Below are positions 36,189 to 45,517 of a stretch of 64,000 bases of DNA, one piece after another; the first letter of the stretch is position 1, and the number at the start of each line of letters is the position of its first letter. Source of the stretch: Eubacteriales bacterium. GTDB lineage: Bacteria > Bacillota > Clostridia > Oscillospirales > CAG-272. A program made the translations under genes and the position numbers. The notes beneath the pieces were generated by a model, which saw only the letters and a list, made by a program, of their open reading frames with translations, had not been told where the DNA came from and did not search any database. The stretch lies in assembly GCA_045632405.1 (NCBI GenBank), contig JAZQWO010000054.1, positions 2,291 through 66,290 of the forward strand. The letters run 5' to 3'.

Positions 36189-38618
36189 TTATTTAACTGC
36201 ATAGCCTTGCGCTGAAATTGTTGCCTTTACCTTTTCAATATCGCATTTACCAAACACGGCAACTGTGCCCTTTTTGTGGCTTGGCTCGGCTTTTTCTACA
36301 CCCTCTATGGCTTCAACTGCCGCTTTAACGCGTGCCTCACAGTGTGGGCACATCATACCGTCAACCTTTATGATTATTCCTGCTTCCTTCTTCTTACCAA
36401 ACATTTCATTTTCTCCTTTATCTAATTTAACAAAATTAAGTCTCAACGCATTTGTCACAACACAAAAGCTGGACAGGCTCATTGCCAATGCACCAAACAT
36501 AGGGTTAAGCTCCCATCCTAGCAAGGCAATAAAAGCGCCTGCCGCCAAGGGAATTCCTATGATGTTATAAATAAATGCCCAGAACAGATTTTCCTTGATG
36601 TTTTTCAAGGTTTTTCGGCTCAGCATAATGGCATTTACCACACCCAAAAGGCTATTGTTCATCAGCACCACCGATGCTGAATCAATGGCAATTTGCGTGC
36701 CCGCTCCAATGGCAATACCTGTATCGGCACTTGTCAAGGCAGGGGCATCATTTATGCCGTCCCCAACCATTATTACATTGCCATCTTGCTTCAATTTTTC
36801 AATTTCCATCGCCTTGTCATTTGGCATAACATCGGAAATAATTTCGTCAACACCTGCAAGACTGCCTATCGCCTTGGCGCTGTTTTCGTTATCACCTGTG
36901 AGCATAACCACCTTTACGCCCATTTTCTTCAGCTCTGAAATGGCATAGGCGCTATCCTCTTTTATTTCATCGCGAATAGCAATCACACCCACAGACCTGC
37001 CGCCAAGTGTGAAAAACAGGGGTGTTTTGCCTTCCTTGGAAAGGCGCTGGAAAAGCTCCCTCTCCTTGTCAGTTGCCACAGAAGAAATATGCTTATAGCT
37101 ACTACCCACTATTTCCTGTCCGTCAACAACCCCAGACACTCCGCTGCCTGCCATAGCTTTAAAATCCTCTACCGCCTTGCAGGAAAGCTCCATTTCCTCG
37201 GCTTTTTTCACAATAGCGCGCCCCAGCGGATGCTCGCTTTTGCTTTCCAAGGCGTAAGCGTATTCCAAAAGCTCCCTTGATGTTATATCAAAGGGGATTA
37301 CATCAATCACCTGTGGCTCGCCACGGGTGATTGTTCCTGTTTTATCAAGAACTACAATATTTGCTTTGCCCGCATTTTCAAGGGCGGTTGCATTTTTGAA
37401 AAGAATTCCCCGTCTTGCTCCCACTCCGTTTCCAACCATAATCGCCACAGGAGTTGCAAGTCCCAACGCACAGGGACAGCTGATAACAAGGACAGAAATT
37501 CCTCTTGCCAAGGCATAGCCAAGGTCTGCCCCTGTCAAGCTCCATATGATAAAGGTAACAAGGGCGATTCCCATAACCACAGGGACAAAAAATCCGCTGA
37601 CCTTATCTGCAATTCTTGCAATAGGCGCTTTTGACGAAGCGGAGGCGCTAACAGCTTTTATGATTTCTCCCAAAACGGTATTTTCGCTATCTGTTTCCGC
37701 TTGGCATTTTATATAGCCTGTGTGGGTGGTTGTGCCTGCATACACATGGTCTGCTGTGGTTTTGTCAACAGGCATACTCTCGCCTGTCAAAGCAGACTCG
37801 TCAACGGCACATTCTCCCTCGGTGATAACCGCATCAACAGGGATGCTACCGCCAGAGCGCACGATAAATACGTCGCCCTTTTTAAGACTGCCGGCAGAAA
37901 CCTCTGTTTCCACCCCGTCAACCAGAACGACCGCCGTTTTTGGCTTCAATGATATCAATTCCTTCAACGCATTTGTGGTCTTGCCCTTAGAATAAGCTTC
38001 AAGGGCTTTTCCGACGGTTATAAGCACAAGTATCATACCTGCCGACTCAAAATAAAGGCTATGCAAAAGATGCTGGCTTTTTGCCATTACAAAAAGACAG
38101 ACAACGCTATATCCAAAGGAAACCCCTGACCCTAAGGCGACGAGAGTGTCCATATTGGGCGCGCCCTTGATAAGTCCCATAAAGCCGTTTATAAAGAATT
38201 TGCGGTTGATAATGAGCAGAACCCCGCTTAGCACCAGCTCCAAAATACCAACGGCTAAGCTATTGCTTGCCAAAAAGCTTGGTAGTGGAAAATTCCACAT
38301 AACGTGCCCCATTGACACGTACATAAGAAATAGCAAAAACACAAGAGATACCGCAAGTCTTTTTAACAGTCTCGGTGTTTCCTTGTCCTTTAGCTCATCG
38401 TCGCTTGACACTTGGTTGCCGCTTTTCTTGGCGGCACCGTAGCCTGCGTTTGCAACCGCCTCAATTATTTCACCCGATGTAACAGTACCGCATACTGTCA
38501 TTGAGTTAGTTAAAAGATTAACTGAGCAGGAATCCACTCCGTCAAGAGCTTTGACTGCTTTTTCCACTCTCGCAGCACAGGCGGCGCAGCTCATACCGCT
38601 AACTACATAATATTCCAT
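36189..38618 (-). CDS. copA: copper-translocating P1B-type ATPase with N- and C-terminal heavy-metal-associated domains
   Basis: GMSCAACAARVE at the N-terminus, the CPC motif (SCPCALGLATP), DKTGT, GDGINDAP, and a second HMA domain (GMMCPHCEARVK) at the C-terminus. Confidence 0.9.
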   Translation of the reverse strand: MEYYVVSGMSCAACAARVEKAVKALDGVDSCSVNLLTNSMTVCGTVTSGEIIEAVANAGYGAAKKSGNQVSSDDELKDKETPRLLKRLAVSLVFLLFLMYVSMGHVMWNFPLPSFLASNSLAVGILELVLSGVLLIINRKFFINGFMGLIKGAPNMDTLVALGSGVSFGYSVVCLFVMAKSQHLLHSLYFESAGMILVLITVGKALEAYSKGKTTNALKELISLKPKTAVVLVDGVETEVSAGSLKKGDVFIVRSGGSIPVDAVITEGECAVDESALTGESMPVDKTTADHVYAGTTTHTGYIKCQAETDSENTVLGEIIKAVSASASSKAPIARIADKVSGFFVPVVMGIALVTFIIWSLTGADLGYALARGISVLVISCPCALGLATPVAIMVGNGVGARRGILFKNATALENAGKANIVVLDKTGTITRGEPQVIDVIPFDITSRELLEYAYALESKSEHPLGRAIVKKAEEMELSCKAVEDFKAMAGSGVSGVVDGQEIVGSSYKHISSVATDKERELFQRLSKEGKTPLFFTLGGRSVGVIAIRDEIKEDSAYAISELKKMGVKVVMLTGDNENSAKAIGSLAGVDEIISDVMPNDKAMEIEKLKQDGNVIMVGDGINDAPALTSADTGIAIGAGTQIAIDSASVVLMNNSLLGVVNAIMLSRKTLKNIKENLFWAFIYNIIGIPLAAGAFIALLGWELNPMFGALAMSLSSFCVVTNALRLNFVKLDKGENEMFGKKKEAGIIIKVDGMMCPHCEARVKAAVEAIEGVEKAEPSHKKGTVAVFGKCDIEKVKATISAQGYAVK

Positions 38619-38647
38619 TTTTGCGCCTCCTTTACTTTTCTACATTT

Positions 38648-38675
38648 ATTATATCATTTATTTTTTTCTTGTCAA
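38648..38675 (-). promoter_or_regulatory. copA promoter
   Basis: TTGACA, 16 nt, TATAAT on the minus strand. Confidence 0.5.
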
Positions 38676-38706
38676 TCAAAGAGCCGAAATTACTTCTTTA
38701 AAAAAA

Positions 38707-39092
38707 CGTGGCGCTATTAGCGTGATACTCTTAACGGAGTATCACGCCGTCAAATCCGTCTTCGACGGGTGAAATCCACCTACGGTGGATGAAATCGCTT
38801 TCGCGATGAAATCCTGCTTCGCAGGGTTGTTTTTAGACGGATTTGATTTCATCCAAGGCAACGCTTTGGATTTCATCTGAACGAAGTGAAGATTTCATCG
38901 TTGCTGTGCAACGATTTCATTAAACCAACAGAAAAAGAGGAAACTTTTCGGCTATTAACCGATTTGTTTCCTCTTTCTGTTTGTATAGGGGTTTGGGCTT
39001 AGCCCATTTGCGTTTGACTAGTCAAATGCGATGCTCGCACTTAGCGGTGTTTTCAAATTCTCCGCTAAGAATATCACACATTTAGCGCCACG
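38707..39092 (+). mobile_element. 356-nt TIR-bounded non-coding structured element (38722-39077) sitting between the arms of the feo terminator stem (38707-38716 / 39083-39092)
   Basis: TIRs are GTGATACTCTTAACGGAG and CTCCGCTAAGAATATCAC. Ladder C (GATGAAATC / GATTTCAT) spans 38749-38920. The outer stem CGTGGCGCTA/TAGCGCCACG has a T7 run on the minus strand. An inverted homologous copy lies at 42887-43242. Confidence 0.7.
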
Positions 39093-39094
39093 CA

Positions 39095-39286
39095 TTATTT
39101 TTCTTCATTTTTTGGAATTCCACAGCCACAGGAGCAGCCGTTGCAGTTGCCTGAGCAGGTCTTGCTATCAGGACAACCGATACATTTTTTGCCACTCTTT
39201 TTTGCGTGGATTATATAGGCGATAGCGCCGCCTACCAAAGCCCCAACAATTGCAATAGCAACTACGGTTGAAAGTACAGGTCCCAT
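39095..39286 (-). CDS. FeoB-associated Cys-rich membrane peptide
   Basis: 63 aa. One TM helix and then CIGCPDSKTCSGNCNGCSCGCG. It abuts the feoB stop. Confidence 0.8.
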   Translation of the reverse strand: MGPVLSTVVAIAIVGALVGGAIAYIIHAKKSGKKCIGCPDSKTCSGNCNGCSCGCGIPKNEEK

Positions 39287-41337
39287 TATGCAGCCACCTT
39301 TTCTCCCTTTTTGCCATTTGCTTCAGCCTTTTGTCTTTTGTTGTTTTTTATAATAAGATAAACCAACACAAAAATCACCAAAGCCACAATTGCCCAACCG
39401 AGAATTGGCATCCAGAGGGACGCATATGAAAGCTCAGAGCTAAAAACAGTTCCAAAGAATGTAATCAAGAAGCTTAAGGTGAAGCCAACACTGAATTGCA
39501 AGCCAATTCCTGCAAACAACCACTTTTTGCTATTCATTTCAGAATTCATAGCACCGATTGCCGCAAAGCAAGGCGGTGTGAAAAGGTTGAACACAAGATA
39601 TGATATTGCCAAAACGCCAGGAATAACGGAAAGCTCGCCCAAGCCACCAACCGCCTCCAAATCGTCATTGATAGCGAATGCAAAGCAAACGGAAAGGGTT
39701 GCAACAACATTTTCCTTTGCGATAAAGCCTGTGATAGATGCTGCCGCCAGCTTCCACAGATACCCAACAGCTATTACACCGAAAACAGGCGCAAAAAGAT
39801 AGCCAAATGGAGTTGCGATTGTGGCAAGAATTGAGTCTGACGCATCCTCTGCCGCCAATGAGAAGGTCCAGGTAAATGAGGACATCAGATGAACAACCGC
39901 GTTACATACAAGAATGATAGTTCCTGCCTTTACAACATAAGACCAGCCGCGCTGGAGCATTGATTTTACAGCACCCCAGATGCTTGGTGCCTTATATTCG
40001 GGCAATTCAATTATGAAATAGGATTTTTTCCTTCTTTGTCCTGTTACAAGGTTAACAAGCAACGCGCCAAAGAAGATAATAACAATTCCCATAAAGTACA
40101 TCAGAGGAGCTACCCACCATTTTTCCGCAAAGAACCTTGAGAACAAGGCAATTACAGGAAGCTTAGCGCCACAAGGCATAAAGGGGGCAAGCATTGCCGT
40201 TGCACGGCGTTCCCTCTCGTTGCGGATGGTACGTGATGCCATAACGCCTGGGATGGCACAACCAACACCGATAACAAAAGGAATTACGGATTTACCCGAA
40301 AGACCAACCTTTTTGAAAATAGGGTCTAAAACAACGGACACGCGCGCCATATAGCCACAGTCCTCAAGAAGTGCAATCAAGAAGTACATCACCATAACGA
40401 GAGGCAAAAAGCCCACAACTGCGCCAACACCGCCAATGATACCGTCAACGATTAGTGAGGACAAAAACGCGGGAGCATTTTCAAGCCAACCAGAAACTGC
40501 CTCTCCAAACCAATCAATAACATTCACAAGTCCCCAAACGTGATATTCGTTTGCTTCGCCTGCGTCGAAGGTATAGCCCTCTGCAAGCCAAACACCCGGT
40601 CCTGCCTGAGAAATCCAGAAAACGAGGAACATAACTGCAGCAAAAATCGGAATACCAAGCCACTTGTTGATAAGAATATCGTCTATTTTGTCTTGCTTGT
40701 TTTTCTCGTTTGTATTTATTTTGCGAGCCTCAACCTCGCTAACTATCTTATTAACAAATGCAAATCTTTTCCTATCTGCCTTTTCTGCAAGCTCCTTGTC
40801 GGTAATGTCACTCTCCGCCTGCACAAATGGGGCTCTTTGTGTTTTGCCAACCGATTCAGTAGCCTTTTTCACCACGTCCTCAAGTCCTTTTGCGGAAATG
40901 GACACGGTATCAATAACAGGGCAACCAAGAAGCTCGGACAAGCGCGCGGAATCAATTTTTGTTTCCTTTTTCTTATTAATATCCGCCTTGTTAAGAGCAA
41001 CAACCACAGGAATACCAAGCTCCAAGAGCTGTGTTGTGAAAAACAAGCTGCGGCTAAGGTTAGTTGCATCTACAATGTTAATGATAGCATCCGGCTTTTC
41101 GTTTTTTATATAGTCACTTGTAACACCCTCCTCAGATGTAAAGGGCGTCATAGAATATGTGCCGGGCAAATCCACCGCCATAATGTCCGCGCCGCCGCAC
41201 AATGACTTTTTTATGGGATGAGATTTTTTATCAACAGTAACACCCGCCCAGTTGCCCACTTTTTCCTGACTTCCTGTCAAAGCATTGAACATAGTGGTTT
41301 TGCCACTGTTGGGGTTACCTGCTAATGCGATTATCAT
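39286..41337 (-). CDS. feoB: ferrous iron transporter B
   Basis: N-terminal G domain (ALAGNPNSGKTT) and a polytopic C-terminal permease. Confidence 0.95.
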   Translation of the reverse strand: MIIALAGNPNSGKTTMFNALTGSQEKVGNWAGVTVDKKSHPIKKSLCGGADIMAVDLPGTYSMTPFTSEEGVTSDYIKNEKPDAIINIVDATNLSRSLFFTTQLLELGIPVVVALNKADINKKKETKIDSARLSELLGCPVIDTVSISAKGLEDVVKKATESVGKTQRAPFVQAESDITDKELAEKADRKRFAFVNKIVSEVEARKINTNEKNKQDKIDDILINKWLGIPIFAAVMFLVFWISQAGPGVWLAEGYTFDAGEANEYHVWGLVNVIDWFGEAVSGWLENAPAFLSSLIVDGIIGGVGAVVGFLPLVMVMYFLIALLEDCGYMARVSVVLDPIFKKVGLSGKSVIPFVIGVGCAIPGVMASRTIRNERERRATAMLAPFMPCGAKLPVIALFSRFFAEKWWVAPLMYFMGIVIIFFGALLVNLVTGQRRKKSYFIIELPEYKAPSIWGAVKSMLQRGWSYVVKAGTIILVCNAVVHLMSSFTWTFSLAAEDASDSILATIATPFGYLFAPVFGVIAVGYLWKLAAASITGFIAKENVVATLSVCFAFAINDDLEAVGGLGELSVIPGVLAISYLVFNLFTPPCFAAIGAMNSEMNSKKWLFAGIGLQFSVGFTLSFLITFFGTVFSSELSYASLWMPILGWAIVALVIFVLVYLIIKNNKRQKAEANGKKGEKVAA

Positions 41338-41362
41338 ACTTTTCTCCTTTCATTGCAAGGAA

Positions 41363-41380
41363 AGTTAGTCAACACTAACT
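41363..41380. promoter_or_regulatory. palindromic operator-like site AGTTAGTCAACACTAACT
   Basis: Inverted arms AGTTAGT/ACTAACT in the feoA-feoB gap. A near-identical 18-mer lies at 41643-41660. Confidence 0.4.
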
Positions 41381-41403
41381 CCTGCGCAAAAAAATATTAA
41401 AGA

Positions 41404-41622
41404 TTATTCTCTGATTTCAATAACCTCGCAAAGATTTTTGTCAAAGCTATATCTGCTATCCTTGATAGATACAGTGCAACCGCTTCTGCGCTGTGCAATT
41501 ACCGTAATTGGCTCTCCACTGTAGCAGCCAAGAGAAAACAAGAAGGAATTCAATTCATCATCGTCCGTGTCAACACGCACAACGATATATTCCACGCCCT
41601 CTTTTGCGTCACGTAAGGTCAT
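41404..41622 (-). CDS. feoA: ferrous iron transport protein A
   Basis: I chose the start MTLRDAKEGVEY at 41622, behind an AGGAGGG RBS. It is a 72-aa SH3-like FeoA. Confidence 0.85.
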   Translation of the reverse strand: MTLRDAKEGVEYIVVRVDTDDDELNSFLFSLGCYSGEPITVIAQRRSGCTVSIKDSRYSFDKNLCEVIEIRE

Positions 41623-41642
41623 AAAAACCCTCCTTTCAAGCA

Positions 41643-41660
41643 AGTTAGTCTTGCCTAACT
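41643..41660. promoter_or_regulatory. palindromic operator-like site AGTTAGTCTTGCCTAACT
   Basis: It lies between the -10 box and the RBS of feoA and has the same arms as 41363-41380. Confidence 0.45.
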
Positions 41661-41666
41661 GCGTAT

Positions 41667-41695
41667 ATTTTAGCCTACTTACTGTCATTTGTCAA
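41667..41695 (-). promoter_or_regulatory. feoA promoter
   Basis: TTGACA, 17 nt, TAAAAT on the minus strand. Confidence 0.6.
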
Positions 41696-41834
41696 GTACC
41701 TTTCAAAAGTTTTTTAAAATTTTAGCAATTATGCCCTCGCAAAGCAAAATTTTACATAAAAATTTTATGCAACTTTACAGAGAAAAAATACGTGCAAGCC
41801 GCCTCTTGGCTCGCACGTATTTTTAATATACTTT

Positions 41835-42770
41835 TCAATACACATAGAAAGGCTCGCCAAAAGCGCCCTCGCAATAGTAAATGCTAAAGGTATCACCAAT
41901 TTCGTACCGACGGTAATCCTGACCGTAAACAGCTATTTCGGTTTTTTCACCGTTGATTTCTACAATCAGATAATAGTCCGTAGAGTCGCCCGAGGTATCC
42001 TTGTCCTTGCCTATTATTTCCTGCTCCATTTTATATGGCTCACTTGTGTCAAGAGCGAAGTTCAAGTGATTTGCACTGCTCCAGGTAAGGGCGAAGAAAA
42101 TAAAGCAAACTATAAAAATGGATGCAATTTTTTCGCTTTTTCTGTTGTCCTTCAACCTTGCCGCGCCTGTGAAAAGCAAATACCCCGCCAAAGCACCAAG
42201 CAAAACGCCAATTATTAAGGCAGGCAGCCAAAACTTCACACTTCCCTTTTCGCCTTCAACATAATTATACATTCTCATATCGTTAAAGAACAAGAGAAAA
42301 TCCAAGCAAACGCCTGTTACCATAATGCCTCTGATTTTAAGCTCCCTGTAACCGCCGAAAAGTGAGGTAAAGGAAAGCAGAAATACAAGGAACCCATACC
42401 AAATGGTTATCATATCGTAAATCAAAAGCACCTTGCCGCCAAAAAACAGAGTCAGTATCCAACCGACGCCAAGCATAACCAAGCCTATTCTGAATGGTAT
42501 AACTCTTTGCTCCTTATTGGCTATGGCGCATATAATAAACGGCACGCCTATCAATAGTCTGATAATAACATTAAAGGCAAAATTATCTGCCAAGGCGGGC
42601 ACTCTTGCAATTAAAATCAACCATACCAAAAACGCGGCAATGGCTACCCACATTATATTAAATTTGGGGAATTTTCTTTTTTTCTTTATACCAAAGGTTT
42701 CCTCGTCAATGGCGCTGTTTTCCGTCGCTGCGCACTCCTCAGTTGTGTTTTCTATATCAAATTCGTCCAT
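41835..42770 (-). CDS. hypothetical polytopic membrane protein
   Basis: 311 aa. An acidic N-terminus, about 7 hydrophobic helices and a roughly 70-aa C-terminal soluble tail. No motif recognised. Confidence 0.6.
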   Translation of the reverse strand: MDEFDIENTTEECAATENSAIDEETFGIKKKRKFPKFNIMWVAIAAFLVWLILIARVPALADNFAFNVIIRLLIGVPFIICAIANKEQRVIPFRIGLVMLGVGWILTLFFGGKVLLIYDMITIWYGFLVFLLSFTSLFGGYRELKIRGIMVTGVCLDFLLFFNDMRMYNYVEGEKGSVKFWLPALIIGVLLGALAGYLLFTGAARLKDNRKSEKIASIFIVCFIFFALTWSSANHLNFALDTSEPYKMEQEIIGKDKDTSGDSTDYYLIVEINGEKTEIAVYGQDYRRYEIGDTFSIYYCEGAFGEPFYVY

Positions 42771-42872
42771 ATGCTCAACTCCTTTATTAAATTATAACAG
42801 AAAAACGCCCCTGTGTCAATCAACCAACGGTTGATTATCTCAACTGTAAATATTGATTTTGTCAAAACAAAA

Positions 42873-43256
42873 ACGGCAGATATAGGGTGATGTCCTTAGC
42901 GGAGAATTATTGCTTTGACAAAAGTGCAAGCATCGCATTTGACTGGTCAAACGCAATATGGGCTAAGCCCAAACCCTTATTACAAGCAGAAAGAGAGAAC
43001 AAATTGGGAAAACCGAAATGTCCTCTCTTTTTCTGTTGGATAAATGAAATCGTGGTTGAACCACGATGAAATCTTCGCACGGCTCAGATGAAATCCAAGG
43101 TCAAGACCTTGGATGAAATCAAATCCGTCCGAGCTTAACCCTGCGAAGCAGGATTTCACCGCGAAGCGATTTCATCCACCATAGGTGGATTTCACCCGTC
43201 GAAGACGGATTTGACTGCGTGATACTCCGTTAAGAGTATCACTCTATCTCTGCCGT
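42873..43256 (-). mobile_element. inverted second copy of the 356-nt structured element (42887-43242) between the arms of the EF-G-like gene terminator stem (42873-42885 / 43244-43256)
   Basis: The reverse complement aligns over its full length with 38722-39077 and has the same length. The first 26 nt are identical. The outer stem ACGGCAGATATAG/CTATCTCTGCCGT differs from the stem at the other copy. Confidence 0.7.
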
Positions 43257-43269
43257 TTTTTGCTATTAT

Positions 43270-45315
43270 TTATTTCTTTTCGTTCTTTGGTACTTTAGCT
43301 GCCAACTGTGAGGGCACTTCCTCGTAGCGAACGAAGTGGAATGTAAAGTCGCCTCTGCCCTGTGTCATTGCGCGAAGAGCAATAACGTAGTCAACCATTT
43401 CGGACTTTGGAACCTCAGCCTCAACGATTGTATATTTTGGGCGCTTTGGATTTGGCTCCATACCCATTACTCTGCCGCGACGCTTGTTAAGGTCGCCCAT
43501 TACGTCACCAACCATATGCTCAGGCACGCTAACCTTCAAAACACCAACAGGCTCAAGGAGTACAGGATTTGCATTTACAAGCTCCTTATATGCCAAGCGA
43601 GCCGCAAGCACGAAGGAAATTTCGTTAGAGTCAACGTCGTGGTATGAGCCGCCTGTCAAATCTGCCGCCAAATTAACCATTGGGTAGCCGAGAAGCACGC
43701 CTTCCTTCATAGCCTCGCGCAAGCCCTTTTCAACCGCTGGGTAGTAGCCCTTTGGAACTTCGCCGCCTACAACGCTCTGTGTAAAGGTCAAGCCGTCATC
43801 CTCACCGTGTGAGAATGTAATCTTAACGTGACCGTACTGACCAGCGCCACCTGACTGCTTCTTGTGCTTTCCTTCTGTTTCAATTCTCTTCTTGATTGTT
43901 TCTCTGTATGCAATCTTTGGTGTTTCAAGCTTAACGTTAACACCGTATCTGTTCTTGAGCTTACATACAACTGTATCAAGGTGAACGTCACCGATACCCT
44001 TGAGAAGCAGTTCGCCTGTTTCAACAAAGTTTTCGTACTTAACGGTCTTGTCCTCGTCAAGAATCTTTGCAATAGAGGTAGCAACCTTGTCCTCGTCCTT
44101 GCCGTCGGTCTTAATTGCCATTGTCATATTAGCCTCAGGGAACTCAATCTTCTTATATTCCATATCAGAGGTTTCACAAAGTGTATCGTTGGTATTTGTA
44201 TTAGCAAGCTTGGAAATAACACCTATATCACCGCAAGCAAGGCTATCAACCTCAGTCTGCTTCTTACCGCAGATGGTGAATATCTTAGCAAACTTTTCAA
44301 CCTGACCTGTTGTTGTGTTCTTGAGCATCATATCCTTCTTGAGCTCACCGTTCATAACCTTAAAGAAAGAAACACGGCCTACAAATGGGTCAGCAATTGT
44401 CTTAAATACCATCAAGCGGCACTCGCCCTCGCGCTCGATAGCAACATCAGCACCGTTAACATCCTTTTCAACCTTCTTAGCAGTATGTCTTGGGAAGGAC
44501 TCAGCTATCGCGGTCAAGATTGAGTAAATACCTCTCATATTTTCGGATGAGCCGCACCATACAGGAACGATAGCGCCGGAAATCATACCCTCGTGGAGAG
44601 CTAAGGCACATTCCTCCTGTGTAAATCTTTCACCTGCGAAGAACTTTTCAAGCATTTCCTCGTTGGTCTGCGCAACGGCTTCCATAAATACTTCGCCGTA
44701 CTTTTCTGCAACCGCACGACGGGACGGAGTCATATCCTCCTCCTGTCTTTCACCGTTTGGCAAGTAACGGAAGCACTTCATAGTCATTAGGTCAATCATC
44801 ATTGTACCTGTTGCTTCCTTAACAGGAATAAATACAGGACAAAGTGCGTTGCCAAACTCGTCACGGAGCTGGTTGAATACGCTGTCAAAATCAGCATCGG
44901 GGTCGTCACATTTGTTTACAAAGAATGCTCTTGGAATTCCTGCTTCAAGCGCGTTATACCAAGCAATCTCCGCGCCAACCTCTAAGCCTGCCTTTGCGTC
45001 AATATTGATAAGAGCCGCATCAGCTACACGCAGTGCGCTTGCAACCTCACCTGCAAAGCCCAAAAAGCCTGGGCAGTCAAGCAAGTTAATCTTAATGCCG
45101 TTCCACTCAAGGTTAACAACGGACAAGCCGATAGAAATTCCTCTCTTTATTTCCTCGCTGTCATAGTCGGAAACAGTATTACCGTCGCAAATTCTGCCAA
45201 GACGGTCTGTTGCCTTTGCCTTGAAAAGCATTGACTCGATTGTAGCGGTCTTACCGCTGCCACTGTGTCCGATAATGCACACGTTTCTTACATTGTTAGT
45301 GATAAATTTTGCCAT
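43270..45315 (-). CDS. elongation factor G-like translational GTPase (non-canonical paralog type)
   Basis: 681 aa with five EF-G domains. The G1 motif GHSGSGKTA replaces the canonical AHIDAGKTT. Confidence 0.8.
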   Translation of the reverse strand: MAKFITNNVRNVCIIGHSGSGKTATIESMLFKAKATDRLGRICDGNTVSDYDSEEIKRGISIGLSVVNLEWNGIKINLLDCPGFLGFAGEVASALRVADAALINIDAKAGLEVGAEIAWYNALEAGIPRAFFVNKCDDPDADFDSVFNQLRDEFGNALCPVFIPVKEATGTMMIDLMTMKCFRYLPNGERQEEDMTPSRRAVAEKYGEVFMEAVAQTNEEMLEKFFAGERFTQEECALALHEGMISGAIVPVWCGSSENMRGIYSILTAIAESFPRHTAKKVEKDVNGADVAIEREGECRLMVFKTIADPFVGRVSFFKVMNGELKKDMMLKNTTTGQVEKFAKIFTICGKKQTEVDSLACGDIGVISKLANTNTNDTLCETSDMEYKKIEFPEANMTMAIKTDGKDEDKVATSIAKILDEDKTVKYENFVETGELLLKGIGDVHLDTVVCKLKNRYGVNVKLETPKIAYRETIKKRIETEGKHKKQSGGAGQYGHVKITFSHGEDDGLTFTQSVVGGEVPKGYYPAVEKGLREAMKEGVLLGYPMVNLAADLTGGSYHDVDSNEISFVLAARLAYKELVNANPVLLEPVGVLKVSVPEHMVGDVMGDLNKRRGRVMGMEPNPKRPKYTIVEAEVPKSEMVDYVIALRAMTQGRGDFTFHFVRYEEVPSQLAAKVPKNEKK

Positions 45316-45517
45316 GGTTACTGCCCTCGCTTCTTATGTATTACTCTCAATATATGAGAGTTTAATGTTGATATATTTATTCTATCACTAATTTATAAGA
45401 CTTTCAATAGTTTTTGTGCATTTTGTTTATATTTTTATTATTTTTTTGATATTTTTGTGCAAATTGCCATACAAATTTGAGAAAACTAAATATCTTGCAA
45501 GTGGAATAAATGTGTGC

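Noticed and set aside
34566-38920. The possibility that the word-hairpin arrays are miniature CRISPR arrays.
   Set aside because: The repeated words are only 6-9 nt long. The intervening segments are self-complementary hairpins of 11-20 nt rather than unique spacers. The second half is the reverse complement of the first half. No cas genes are nearby.
38717-39086. A 5-bp direct repeat TTAGC on both sides of the left 356-nt element, considered as a target-site duplication.
   Set aside because: No equivalent direct repeat is visible at the right copy. In addition, TAGC/TAGA precedes GTGATA in all three copies, so it may be part of the element. The exact ends are therefore unresolved.
42887-43069. 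A 60-aa ORF inside the right 356-nt element, considered as a possible element-encoded peptide.
   Set aside because: The homologous frame in the left copy is interrupted by a stop (…GCA TTT GAC TAG), so coding capacity is not conserved between the copies.
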